A DNA stretch of 64,000 nucleotides from Octopus sinensis (lineage: Eukaryota), in the NCBI RefSeq assembly GCF_006345805.1, contig NC_043004.1, forward strand, positions 47,306,001-47,370,000, given 5' to 3'. A program made the position numbers and the translations under genes. The notes beneath the pieces were generated by a model. It saw nothing but the letters and a program-made list of their open reading frames with translations, had not been told where the DNA came from and ran no database searches. How positions within the stretch are numbered: the first letter of the stretch is position 1; each line of letters starts with the position of its first letter. This document shows, in pieces, positions 40,172 through 53,082 of this stretch.

Positions 40172-40594
40172 TGTAGTGACGTCATCTTGGGAGTCTTCAG
40201 TACGCGTGTGCGGGGTTATAATTTTCTAGAAGGCCTGCGGATGTTCCCTCATGCACATGCGCTAAAAATCTGACGGAAAATATTCTATTGCGTTCCTTGC
40301 GTGCGTCTGGGACTCGAGACGCAGCCGCCGTTGAACACTGTAGACGTGTTTTGACTTGCAGATTCGCCTACGCTCCTGTCCCAGCCGCATAGGATTGACC
40401 AGCTCTGCTTGTTACTGGAGTTTCTGTGAAGTTATTTTCACAAATGTCTGATTAACTCTAGATTTGCTGTGTGGTTGCTGACTGACCAAATGTACCTTTT
40501 ACATATACCCGAATAAAGAGTTATATATTGTTCGCATGCTTTCTTGTTTTCCTTACATCAACATTTTTTTAAACAAAGAGGAAGACATTCTACA
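40172..40594 (+). mobile_element. Solo LTR (423 bp), probably Gypsy/Ty3-type
   Basis: TGTAG...CTACA inverted termini; exact 4-bp TSD GTGT (40168-40171 / 40595-40598); AATAAA at 40512-40517; locally higher GC. Confidence 0.75.
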
Positions 40595-41463
40595 GTGTTT
40601 TAAAATAATAATTGGTCTTTAGAACTTCATTGATATTGGCATCCTCTCTGTTCCTCTTCATTTGAAACTTTTTACTCTGCGTAATCATCTTACTATTATG
40701 GGCGTTACTTCCATCTCTCTGTTTTCACTTCACCGTCAAACAGTTGGACCAATGGTCACAATATTTTGGGGATTACGAAGGAAGGGTTTTAGGAAAAGAA
40801 ATATGAAAAAGTATAATTATTTAGTGGATATTGAGTTGTGGATTAATAAATAACCTTTATTTTTTTAAAATTCCGTGGATTAACTCTGGATTTTCTCACC
40901 TCACCATAGATTTCGTGAATTTAAAGTGTTTAGATTTGCAATACTATCCTTTCTGTTTCCCATCGTAGATGGGCAGATTTGCTTTCTTACAATAAAGGGC
41001 GTTATGTCCATCGGTCTCTCCGTCGGTTTGCCTCTTTGTTCCCTCTTCTCGGCCAGATGGCCGGACCAATAGTTACGACATTTCGGTGGATTACAAAGAC
41101 GGTCATGAGGATGGTTTTTACCATTACAAAACCAGAAAGGCAGATTATTTCATGGATATCGATTTTTGAAACTTCACCGACCACCAGTAACTCTGGATTT
41201 TCATTGTATAGCATGTGACTCCAACGTAGATACGAAAGGAGTCATTGGGACGGTGAATAACTAAAATAAAATGTAAAAGGTGCGCGTCAGTATATAGTGT
41301 GTACGATTATTTAGCGGTTATTTGAAGTGTGTCAGTCTCGAACAAGATTCGAAATTGCTAATCAAAACAGCTGTTGTTTATATCTCAATTTTGTCAAACA
41401 AAATAACCCATATTACCAGAACATCCAGACATTCACATAGAAGAGTGAAAGGTAAGTCTTAGT

Positions 41464-41649
41464 TTGATTTTTTGCTACCCTAAAGTTTCTGCTCGCGTAT
41501 TCACAGCAAACAAGGCGCAAGATGGTTTGGATGTATTTTTACCCACTCCGATGCTTCCACACGGCAAATTATACGTCGCTATGAGTAGAGCAATAGACTC
41601 CAGTAATTTGAAAATTAGTGTTGACCAAACAGAAAATATTGTTTTCTAA
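41464..41649 (+). pseudogene. C-terminal remnant of a Helitron Pif1-like helicase
   Basis: FTANKAQ..LDVFLPTPMLPHGKLYVAMSRAIDSSNLKI..TENIVF resembles the RepHel end (TINKSQG...F.HGQLYVALSR....L.I...T.NVV). Confidence 0.72.
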
Positions 41650-43448
41650 TCATATTGATATTATCAAAGGGAATATGATTCATAATTTAAATAAATAAAT
41701 GTGTGAACTTTGAATGTCTAAGCGTAAAATAGTGTAAATAACTAAAATGTAAGTATATCTAAATAACATTGTTTTCTTAATACATTTTATGTAGTGGTCA
41801 AAGAAAGCTCTGGCTTTCTTTAGGAGTGGTCCACATAAACCTTCATGATGCAGAGGCTGGGAGCCTATTTCAGTTCGGGAGTGAATCATCATCACATGTC
41901 ACTTAGTCACAAATGCGTCATATAGCTGTAATAGAATGCTGTATCGCCCACAATAATGTGATTTCTCAAAGACATCAACCAGTAAACTATTAAGTCCATT
42001 TACACATTTCTCAATACATACTGCTGTTATAACTTCCCTCCCTCATCTTATGCCTCCATCGTAGATAGGTAGATTCGCTAGTCTATATAAACTGCGATAC
42101 TATAGCAGCGAAAGTGTTGTGAACTGTTGGAAGACGGTTTATGAATATGCAGGTTTGAGGGATTTGATAATCAGTTAGATCGAAAGTGTGGGAGCCTGTA
42201 CGTGTCATTTAGGTGATATTTCACGCTCTTTTATTACCCAATGAAATATTTTTGCCAACAGGTTTTTATGTGACTCTTAAATATTTCAATCGGGGCATTA
42301 TCACTTATTGCTACCACTGAGTTGTTCAATTTGTTTTTTTTTTCTTTGTTTTTTTTTGCTTTTTGTAGAATCCGGACTGTTCTTTAGTCGATATAGCATT
42401 CCGTGAATATTGAAGTGCTTACACTTGTTTTGAAAATTCTACTCAGTGGTGACTCCTTTGTTATGCATATTTTCACCGTATTTTTTGACGTCTCTCACAA
42501 TTGGCGCTACATTGATTTCTATTTTATTGTAACTCGTTCTTGATAAAATTGTTTGAGTTGGAGTCGGAATGTATGTTCAAAGATTTGTTGTTGCTATTCA
42601 TATCGATGTATTTTTGCGCTTTAAAGAGAATCACTTCTTTCCGACTGTCTTTGATTCCGAGCAGTCATTTTTGTATTATTTACTATCTGCTTCACCTTAC
42701 CGCTTTCATTTCTAACTTTGTGTTATTGATTTTGTTATAGATTGATTGATCTTTATATTTTATACTGCTCTGTCTTTCAATATTATTGATTTTAACATTG
42801 TTTATGCATTGATATTCCAGTAGGAACTGCTATGAAAGGTGTACCCATTTTCCCTTTATACATTATGTTCGCAACTATTGTTGCTATTGCATATATTATT
42901 TGGTACAACATAGAGATAAATGTTTTTAGTCTCTCTTCATTAAGTCTAGGATGGCCGGATTTTCGTGTGATGTTTTAAGTTCCTGGCTAAGTTTCCTCCA
43001 AATCTGAACGCATCCAATTACTAGGTATATCCATATGAAAAACGAAAAAGAACGTGCTACTTCTTACAATAAAAGTAATAATCGTATATCGTGTACATAC
43101 TAATCGTTCACATGGAGTAGCCTAGAATATCACTCGAGCTTATTTGTTTAGCAGTTCCCTACCAGTAGATTACTCAGAATTTCCGTACTAAAAATGTACT
43201 AAATTTAAATGTTCCCCGTATTTCTCGTAAACGTATATTATTAGTGTTGCTCTGATTTAAATTTTTTTCCGTTCTTTTCTCTCGATTTGGTGGGGTTTTT
43301 TTGGCTCAATATACATTTGTTTCAGTATATATTTATTGTTCTTTATAATGTTTACATGATAGTTATTCAGATTTACTAATTAAGGATACACCACCGTTAG
43401 CGTTTATAACAACAGTGCTACTCCTTAACGCTTACATTCTCACTGCAT

Positions 43449-43577
43449 ACTCTTTACTCTTTTACTCTTTTACTTGTTTCAGTCATGTGACTGTGGCCAT
43501 GCTGGAGCACCGCCTTTAGTCGATAAAATCGACCCCAGGACTTATTATTTGTAAGCCTAGTACTTATTTTATCGGTC
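43449..43577 (-). mobile_element. 3' fragment of SINE family A with an (AAAGAGT)n-type tail
   Basis: tactcttttactcttttacttgtttcagtca..tgactg.ggccatgctggagcaccgcc matches the family A tail. Confidence 0.85.
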
Positions 43578-43874
43578 ATGTGCATGCCTTTTCATTCGTT
43601 GTTAGTATTCTCCATATTTTTGTATATATGTATACCTCCATATCCCATATTCTCGTTGTGCGAGAGACAAAACATTTTCCTTAATTTTATTCGCCTTTAG
43701 CTGTTAATAAATTCTAATAGATTTCGGGCGATATATTTTTTGTGTATTAACTGTGCTTTTATTAGTTGTACCATTGCAGTAGAAGGTAAGTGCGGAATGT
43801 GAATAGTATGAAGATACGCATGTGTCACGTGTCTTTTAATGAATTTATTCTATTCATGATAGCATTTTCATGAT

Positions 43875-44125
43875 GTGGAGGCGCTTGGCTTAGTAGTTAG
43901 GGTGTCAGCATCATGATCGTAAAATTGTGATCTCGATTCCTGGACCGGGCGACGCGTTGTGTTCCTGAGCAAAACACTTCATTTCACGTTGCTGCAGTCC
44001 ACTCAGCCGGCAAAAATGAGTAACGCTGCGATGGACTGGCGTCCCGTCCAGCTGGGGAACACATACGCCATTGAAACCGGGAAACCGGGCCTATGAGCCT
44101 GGCTAGGCTTTAAAAGGGCGCATTA
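43875..44125 (+). mobile_element. tRNA-derived SINE, family D
   Basis: A-box-like tggcttagtagttagg and B-box-like ctcgattcc; tail gcgatggactggcgtcccgtccag...gaaaccggg...tatgagcc; related copy at 12258. Confidence 0.82.
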
Positions 44126-44134
44126 ATTAATCCA

Positions 44135-44445
44135 GTGGAGACACATGGCATAGTGGTTGGAGCAGCGGACTCACGGTCGAGGGATCGCGGGTTCGAATCT
44201 CAGACCGGGCGGGCGATGTATGTGTTTATGAGCGAAACACCTAGGCCCCACGCAGCTCCGACAGAAGCTAATGGCGAAAGAAACTTCTGCTGATCCCTTC
44301 GCCACAACTTTCTCTCACTCTTTCCTCCTTCATCTTGCAACTCACCGGCGACAGACCGGCGTCCCGTCCAGATGGGGAACCTATACGCCAAGAAACCGAG
44401 AAACCGGCCCTTATGAGTCAGGCATGGCTCGAGAAGGAACAAACA
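44135..44445 (+). mobile_element. tRNA-derived SINE, family C (tail type 3), in tandem behind the family D copy
   Basis: A box tggcatagtggttgg and B box ggttcgaatc; aligns to the reverse complement of 23727-24016. Confidence 0.85.
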
Positions 44446-44914
44446 ACAACATTTTCATGGGATATAAATAAATTTGTTTCTCGGGTTACGGAGAGGTTTT
44501 CATTCAATCTTTCGAATATTTAGTACACCTTCACGTCTTTCAATTAGTGGTGCTGCCGTTTTCTTATTGTACGAAAAATACGTGATGATAAAAGTAGGCA
44601 TGCCCTCCGTTATTTTACAAGTGAGAAAATCTTCAGTCGTTAATGTAAATATTTCTTGTTCATATTCAGTAAAAGCAACGACATTTTAGTAATAAGTTTG
44701 ACAAAGTATCCTTTAGCATATTCGTTCGATGCTTCTCGATAGTCTTTCGTTGATATTTTATTAGCATTAATCGATATATTTTGAAACAGTATTATAGGGT
44801 TCCTTCTCGTCCTTCTTCATGAGTTGTACTTATGTTAATTACATGCAGTTCTACTTTGATATTTCTCTCCTGTATTTCTTAATATTTGTCATAGGTGCGA
44901 CTTGCTATTTGATA

Positions 44915-44974
<60 letters not shown>

Positions 44975-45014
44975 TGTTATTATCATTATTATTATTATTA
45001 TCATTATTATATTA

Positions 45015-45046
<32 letters not shown>

Positions 45047-45058
45047 TTCATTATTATT

Positions 45059-45548
45059 GAGTGAGAGAGAAGTGAATGCCATCAGAGTGACACTGGGGTA
45101 ATATATACGAAGCCCAGTATACCCGTCATGACTACCTGTCTGAGAAGGGTACACCAGGCATATGCATCCGAAACACATGTGTGCGACATGGTGATCTCAT
45201 ATCATGACAAACAGCACATGACCTTGCAGGTGGGGCCAAGTTAGAATTTTCTCCGGTTGAGTATCACATCCAGCTCAAAAGGTCCCTGAATAAGGGTTGT
45301 TTAAGGATGTTGAATGAAACACCCATGTTTCCAGAGGCGAATTATTCAAACTCCAAAAAATCCCTCTCAACACGTGACTATGATGATCGCCCACTACTTT
45401 TGTTCGTGACCAGAGATGCACATATCGTCAGCCACTAGGGGACATGCTCAACTGGTTAAGGTCAAACAACTGACAAGCAAATCTGTGGTACTGAGCAGAA
45501 CATTTGCTGCAGCCCATCTTTTAAACCAAGACAAAACAATGTACATGA

Positions 45549-45550
<2 letters not shown>
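45059..45550. mobile_element. ~490-bp non-coding interspersed repeat embedded between (TTA)n tracts
   Basis: Complex sequence bounded on both sides by TTA microsatellite (44915-45058 and 45550-45657); partial second copy at 35876-36030. Confidence 0.65.
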
Positions 45551-45629
<79 letters not shown>

Positions 45630-46198
45630 TATTAATATTATTATTATTATTATTATTGATAGACGAAATGTATGAAGAGTTTCTGTTATTTGAAGAAGAA
45701 GAAAGTACTTGATAAAGAAATGTATAAAATTTGTGGAAACTCTATACACTTATCGGAAATGCTCATAGTTAAGAGAAACATTTCAAAGAGAAGACGTATA
45801 GATTTATTCAATAACAAGAGTATTCAAGATTAATGGGAATTTTCATGGCTTTTCATAAAGGCTTATGTTAAATAAAAAAATTCAGTTTAAGAAAAAAAAA
45901 TTCAACGGTAAGTAATGCCATGTGAAAATGCCCAAACATGCTATTTTCTGGAACGTGCCTACCTCGATTTTCCATGATAATTGGTCAATATCCTTAGAGA
46001 ATTGTATGTGCATCAAATCAATTTTCTCAATTACAAATGAACCATAGGCACATTCTTCGTCCAACGTAACTTCTTTTTAAAATCATGCAGAACATTATAG
46101 AAACATCATATTGTTTTGTCGATATAGTACGCCTCATCAACCTTCTTTATCTTCCTCATTTTCTCTCTATATGTATTCGCATCTATCCAGCTATTGAA

Positions 46199-46522
<324 letters not shown>

Positions 46523-46533
46523 GATTCCTGACT

Positions 46534-47673
46534 ATGCTTAAATATATTCATCCATATGTATATTTGTATATACATTTCGCCATCTACAAAGATGATGCCC
46601 TCGCCTTAACAGCTAATACAAATGGGCCAGCACAAGATCGTTTTAGGAAGGATATTATCCAGTTAATGAAACACTTCGGACTTAGTATAACTATAGATAC
46701 TAACCTGACGGTTGTCAATTTCTTAGACGTTTCCTTAGATCTTAAGAATATTTATAAGCCTTATGGGAAGACCAATGATAGACTAAGTTATATTAATGTA
46801 GGTTCATGCCATCCCCCTACAGTATTCAAAAATTTAGTTAAAAATATTAGTAAGAGGATTTCTAGCCTCTCATCTGATGAGGACATCTTCAATAGCGTTG
46901 CCCCAGTTTATAATAAGGCTTTAAAAGATAGTGGTTTTAGCGATAAAATAAAATATACACCTATCACTAGCCCAACAGTAAGGAAAAGGAATAATAGAAA
47001 TAGGAAGGTCATCTGGTTTACGCTCCCTTACTCACCCGAGGTGGCCTTCAATATAGGTAAATATTTCCTAGCACTGATAGATAGACATTTTCCAGTTAAC
47101 CATACTTATAGGAAACTCTTCAATAGACACAATTTAAAAATTAGTTTTAGTTCAACTACCAATTTTAAAAACATAATCAAACATAACATACAAAAAACAC
47201 AAGAAGAAAACAGCTGTTCATGCAGGAATAAAGAATTGTGCCCGCTAAATGGAGCTTGCATGTCCAAGACCATCATATATGAAGCTACCGTAAACTATAT
47301 AACCACTAAAGACACCGTTTCGACGAAGAAATACGTGGGCCTTACAGAGGGTAATTTCAAGGCCAGGTTCAATAACCACACTTTGAGCTTTAGGCACTGG
47401 AACAAAAGAAAAGCGACACAATTGTCTAATCATATTTGGTCTTTAAGAGATAAAGGTGTCGATTATAACATACAATGGAAGATTTTGGCGAGATGTAAGC
47501 CCTATACTAACGGCAGCGGAAGGTGCGGTCTATGCGACATGGAGAGATGGCTTATCTGGAAAAGCATCTTAGACCCTACTACATGTCTAAATACAAGGAC
47601 GGAGCTTTTCGGATCATGCCCACATGTGATTAAATTTCTGTTACGTTTTTGGTCCCCCAAAGAAAACAGATAG
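46534..47673 (+). CDS. 5'-truncated Penelope-like element ORF: RT C-terminal half + GIY-YIG endonuclease (Naiad-like)
   Basis: YKDD catalytic motif, VNFLDVSLDL, YINVGSCHPP, VIWFTLPYS, Cys linker CSCRNKELCPLNGAC, GIY-YIG IIYEA..YVGLTEGNFKARFNNH, and C-terminal CGLC..E..LN.R.EL...CPH. Homology starts at ~46575; the ATG at 46534 is probably fortuitous. Confidence 0.9.
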   Translation: MLKYIHPYVYLYIHFAIYKDDALALTANTNGPAQDRFRKDIIQLMKHFGLSITIDTNLTVVNFLDVSLDLKNIYKPYGKTNDRLSYINVGSCHPPTVFKNLVKNISKRISSLSSDEDIFNSVAPVYNKALKDSGFSDKIKYTPITSPTVRKRNNRNRKVIWFTLPYSPEVAFNIGKYFLALIDRHFPVNHTYRKLFNRHNLKISFSSTTNFKNIIKHNIQKTQEENSCSCRNKELCPLNGACMSKTIIYEATVNYITTKDTVSTKKYVGLTEGNFKARFNNHTLSFRHWNKRKATQLSNHIWSLRDKGVDYNIQWKILARCKPYTNGSGRCGLCDMERWLIWKSILDPTTCLNTRTELFGSCPHVIKFLLRFWSPKENR

Positions 47674-47873
47674 AACATGCTTTCTATGTTATGTCGCAAG
47701 AAGAATTTATATATTTATATATATATATATTTTTTATATATATTTTTATGTATTTTTATATAATTTTTATGACGAAAAATGCGAGCGATGTATAAGTACG
47801 CAGGCAAGCAGAGTTATACCAGAGTAATTTCCCTTTATTTAACGGTATTTTTTCATAACGTTTTCAAATAGCC

Positions 47874-47936
47874 AGATAACCGAAGAGATGGTGTTGTGGA
47901 TTTCCACTTCGGCATCTGAAACTCAGAGTTTTATCT
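47874..47936 (+). ncRNA. Minimal type-I hammerhead-like motif in the PLE 3' pseudo-LTR
   Basis: Reads agataa-CCGAAGA-gatg..gtgga/tccac..catc-t-GAAA-ctc-a-gag-TT-ttatct. Stem I agataa/ttatct is perfect; the core has a U4>C deviation; it lies 200 bp after the GIY-YIG stop, where PLE hammerheads are expected. Confidence 0.65.
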
Positions 47937-48034
47937 TGACTACAGAGTAATTTAACATATTGTATAGATAAATTTCCTCTATTTACATAATATTGAGGTC
48001 TCTTTCTTTCTTTTGTTATCTTACCGTTTTATCA

Positions 48035-48100
<66 letters not shown>

Positions 48101-48117
48101 CACATAAATATATATAT

Positions 48118-48402
48118 AATTTCTAAAAAATTCCGTTTTTACCGTATTAGTCCCAATTTCGGAGTTAATTCTTAAGAATTTTCTCCTCAGACATACGTAA
48201 GACATAAATGAAAAACATAAAATTTATTTTGGATATATTTGGGGTACTTAGGTCTACTCAGGACTGAGTGCTTGCTTTTTCCATGGTCATGAGTAAGTAT
48301 TTCATTTATGTCTTATGTATTTATCGCTGAGGAGGAAAACATTCTTATGAATTAACTCAGAAATTGGGACCAATACGGTAATAACGGAATTTTTTAGAAA
48401 TT
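48118..48402. repeat. Long foldback: ~100-bp inverted arms (48118-48215 / 48299-48402), ~85-nt spacer
   Basis: aatttctaaaaaattccgtt.ttaccgtatt.gtcccaatttc pairs with gaaattgggaccaatacggtaataacggaattttttagaaatt. Confidence 0.92.
48321..48381 (+). ncRNA. Type-I hammerhead ribozyme candidate
   Basis: Reads ttatcg-CTGAGGA-[stem II with attc/gaat]-GAAA-ttgg-ga-ccaa-TA-cggtaa. Stem I is 6 bp (one G-U), the CUGANGA and GAAA boxes are intact, stem III is ttgg/ccaa and the triplet is AUA; the base of stem II is imperfect. Confidence 0.68.
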
Positions 48403-48559
48403 TCTATCGGCTAGATTCGAGACGCATATTAATAGTGATAAATTATAACGGTTATTGACAATTTGTTTATTTTCGGCATATTTGGCATTAAAAATGTTTT
48501 CGTTTGCCCTTATTTTATAAGTTATATATATATATATATATATACGTGTGTGTGTGTGT

Positions 48560-48615
<56 letters not shown>

Positions 48616-50832
48616 AGGCGCTGTACTATGCTGTCAGCACAGATAATGCCTTGCTATTGAGACAGGATGACTGTTAATGCTCTGAAAACAAGGAGAAATA
48701 ATAATCTCTTGTAGAATTTAGTAAAAAGATATTTCACTGTTTTAAACATTCGTTTAATGAGGTTATTTTTATACTTATTTTGCGTTTCTTTGCTTGTTTA
48801 ATTAAGAGACTGGAGACACAAGGATATTTGTATATCATTACATATTAACTAATGTTTTCTGACAGTTAGTTTCGAAGACACTTTCTGGTTGACTCCTACT
48901 TAGATGTTTAACGAATATCTAAAACAAAATAAAATACCTTTTTTTCTTTGATACCCGTTGACAGGTTATCGTACGCTAGAAGTGTAAAAGAATGCCAGAA
49001 TTTCCATGTAAAAGCACCTGATGTCAAATTAAAAGTATTATTGATTTTAGAGTAGCGTATAAGCTTAATAGAAATAACCTAACCGTAGAGATTATATGTT
49101 CGCGTGTAAGGTGCATCTTGGCAATGATGATGGGAAAATGTAGATATTGTTGTAAACATCTCCCAGAAAGGAAAAGGAAAATACTATAAGAAATTGATTT
49201 ATCTTCTTTAATGAGATATAGGCTGTTACCGCCTGTCCGCATGCAATATTGATTTGTTTTCTCTAGGAATTTGCCAAAGTATTTTTTGTAATACAAGTAC
49301 CATAGATGATTGCACAGTTTCCAATAAAAACATTTTCAAGTTTTACAGCGCCGGGCAATACAAACCTTCAAATATAAAATTTCAGTATGCAGAAATCACA
49401 AAACCAAGCATTAAAAATCATATATTCCCGTGCACCATGTTTGCACCACACTATCCACATTGCGATTATCTTTAGGTAACTGAGCCATTAAACTTTCATA
49501 GAATTATATAGTTTATGGTACTTACTCCACTGATTTCAAAGGCCAACCGATTCAAAATTTCTTTTCTTATTTCTAGTATGTAGACAAATATTTTCACCTA
49601 TATTTCTGATGAAATTATTAGACTTAGTTTTAAAATGTTAAAGATTAATCGATTATTTTAGGAAGATGTATAAAAAGAAACCTGCAAGATAAGGAACTTA
49701 TTGTAAGCAAGATATACAAAAAACTTTAAAATAGTTATTTGATTTTATTGATAAAATGTAATATTTGAGTAGGTCAGGTGGTGTGCGAATTTTTATTTAT
49801 TTCTAATCAGCTAAAAATTTACTTTCGCTACAGGAGTTTATTACAAAACAAAATATTCACTCTAGTTTTGTTCGCTATGGAAGGGCGTTTTCGTTGGACA
49901 TTTTTCAATAAGAAAAAAAGAACGTGTCAAATAATGAACTCAGCAAGGAATGAGAGCCTCCTCACCACTGGGAGTAAAGTTCTCCTAGTTCTCGTCTCAA
50001 CTTCTTTCTAGGTGAAGGGAAACTAGTTTATTCAAAAATTACTGAAGTGTAATGGCTTTCTGCTAATCTCAACTTTCGTTGTACGTCTGGATTTATATCT
50101 TATTGGGCTGGAGAGTGGGTCCAAGTGAACAGTGAACAGTTAACAGTTTATCCACTCAAAATAAATTCACGCACGGGAAGTTCTTGAATTCGTTGAACGC
50201 TTGCACAAACTTGCTAAATTTAAAAATTGCTCTTACTCCCTCATAAGTTGATTTCCAACGCACCAAAGGCCAGAGTTTTTCTCATAGTATCTATCGCAGT
50301 GTTGCTTGAACTAACAGAACTTGCACGTTCAACTGGGAATACAATACTGCTTCTGTCGCTAATATATATGTCTAATATGTTAAGCTTTCATTTTACAAAG
50401 TTTTAACTGAATCATTTCACAAACTTCTCTATGTATGTTGTATACATCACTGCATCACAATAACTTTTCATATTTATCTCTTCATGATAAAGCTTTCTTT
50501 AAACTTTATCGTACAATATTGGCTATTATATGTTATCGCCTAGGTAAATAGCACTGTTATGACATTTTCAAACAGCTGTTCATAAAGTAGAAGACAGCGT
50601 CTTCCATCGTTGTCAAATCGAGGTAATTTATTGCGTATTTCGAAGCTCCTAGCTTATTATACATTTTGTTATTTCCCTTCATGGATTTCAAGAGCTTACC
50701 CTTCAAAGTTAAATTAATATAGTATTTAGTTCCGCGTAGGCAAACTTAGCTATTTTTTGTGAATGCTTCTCTGAGGATTTGTGACGACACAACTACAAAG
50801 ATTTACTTTTAACGTTTTCTTGCTATACGCAG

Positions 50833-51236
50833 GGCGCAGGAGTGGCTGTGTGGTAAGTAGCTTGCTAACCAGCCACATGGTTCCGGGTTCAATCCCACTG
50901 CGTGGCATCTTGGGCAAGTGTCTTCTGCTATAGCCCCGGGCCGACCAATGCCTTGTGAGTGGATTTGGTAGACGGAAACTGAAAGAAGCCCGTCGTATAT
51001 ATATATATATGTATATATGTATGTGTGTCTGTGTTTGTGTGTCTGTGTTTGTCCCCCTAGCATTGCTTGACAAGCGATGCTGGTGTGTTTATGTCCCCGT
51101 CAATTAGCGGTTCGGCAAAAGAGACCGATAGAATAAGTACTGGGCTTACAAAGAATAAGTCCCGGGGTCGAGTTGTTCGACTAAAGGTGTTGCTCCAGCA
51201 TGGCCGCAGTCAAATGACTGAAATAAGTAAAAGAGT
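50833..51236 (+). mobile_element. tRNA-derived SINE, family A
   Basis: Near-identical to 21770-22170 and to the reverse complement of 31405-31808. Confidence 0.9.
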
Positions 51237-52850
51237 ATACCGCTTCATGCAACTTCTCTGGGTATCAATCAGGGTCTAGTTTCTTCGCACATTCCTTCTT
51301 ACATACCTGAACCACAGTGTTATTTCCAGCTTCGTAATTACAAGAAACTGTCCAATAAGACGAGGAACTAAAAGTCTGAACCTTAGACATCCCTTTCTTT
51401 GTTTTAAGTAAAAACTGCCATTATCTGGAGATTTATCGAAGTGTTTCATTTTCAGTACCTTGAGCTCAGGTTGCGTAAATCAATTAACTGTATAACACAT
51501 AATCTACTTCTATACTTTTTAAATACATAAGAACCAATTTAAGATTCCTTCTCAAAAACATCAGATTTTTATCTTGTCACTTTGAGTCTTCAACAAAGAG
51601 GATTATTACATTAATATGGACAAGACTATATATATACTATACAAGGAACATCATAGAGAGAGATTCCGTTAGCATCTGTTAGTGGGAGAACAGAATAAAT
51701 GATTCCAAGTGGTGAAGCTTCGCAGTAGTCTAATTTTCACAATGCCCTGGTTTTTCTAACATTATTGCTTTGTACATGAGAAGTGACTCGTCATATACCC
51801 AAACTCCTATTTTCACAACTGCTTATTCGGTTGTAACAAAATTATAACTATAAGCATATTCCTGGAGAAATTATGTTTCGACGGACTGTGTATATTTTTA
51901 TGCATTCGATTCGGAAACGCAAGATAGAAGTAATTTGCAGCGCGGATATTTCGCTTTTTCTTTTCTTTTCTATTTTTGCATATCAGATTTGTTTCTGCCA
52001 ATGCCATTCAGCTTGGAATAATTATATCCCAAATGAAACCTTAGTGAAGGCCGATAAGATACCCACAATAAAAGGTCAGTTTTTTTTTATACCGGTAGCT
52101 GATAATTAAGTGTTTTTGACGTGCAATCCTAAATGTATGTATAGTATATTGTCTTTTATATAATTATATACATTTTCCTATAAAATGGAGGCTGAAGTTT
52201 CTAACAATGAAACAAAGATCCATCGCTGGAATTTAGGTAACATCATCGGTGGATACTTACGTGTCCAACTTTAAAATGTCATTTTACTGCTTCAATTACA
52301 GGTAGTTTTCAGAAATGCATGCTATGCAATACTTTTCGTTGCATAAAAGCCCATTTTCGAGATCACTATGGAATCAATAAACTACAGGTAAAAAGTGAAG
52401 CTAAATGCATTGTCGTGAATATTTTTGTTTTTGGTAATTTTGCAGCTTAAAACACTGTATTAGAATATGTGATTTTTATTCTGAATCAAAAATATATTAC
52501 GACTGTGTGAAGAACACATTGTTAGGATCGTATTTGGAGCATGTTTCATTTGGATCGCATTTGGAAAACCTTTTGTTAGAATGTGTCACACAACGCCCGT
52601 AGTAAAATGTACACATATACCCAATACCAAAAGTGAAACACTTATTCTGTGTTTCTCCCTTCCATATATTGCAAGAGTTGTTTTCTGTAAAGTAGCATGC
52701 TATATTCTGAGGATCAGTCTCTTGATGAAACTTTTGTGCAATAGGTCGTCCAATATCTATTTTCGCCGTCAGAAATATGAAATAAGCGTTATTTCTTTTC
52801 GTGTTGAGGGAATATAAATTTAAATCTTTCTTTGTCACTTGGTTAACTGA

Positions 52851-53082
52851 AGGCGGCGAACTGGCAGAAACGTTAGCACGCCGGGCGAAATGCTTTGCGG
52901 TATTATTTCGTCTGCCGTTACGTTGTGAATTCAAATTCCGCCGAGGTCGACTTTGCCTTTCATCCTTTCGGGGTCGATTACAGTACCAGTTACGCATTGG
53001 GGTCGATGTGATCGACTTAATACCTATGCCTGTCCTTCTTTGTTCCCTCTATATTTAGACCCTTTTGGGTAGTAAAGAAATA
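52851..53082 (+). mobile_element. Full-length SINE family B with a perfect 10-bp TSD
   Basis: TSD ggttaactga at 52841-52850 and 53083-53092; the body matches 32191-32423. Confidence 0.92.

Noticed and set aside
47674-47870. SECIS element behind the Penelope ORF
   Set aside because: There is no in-frame UGA in the visible ORF and no convincing SECIS stem by eye.
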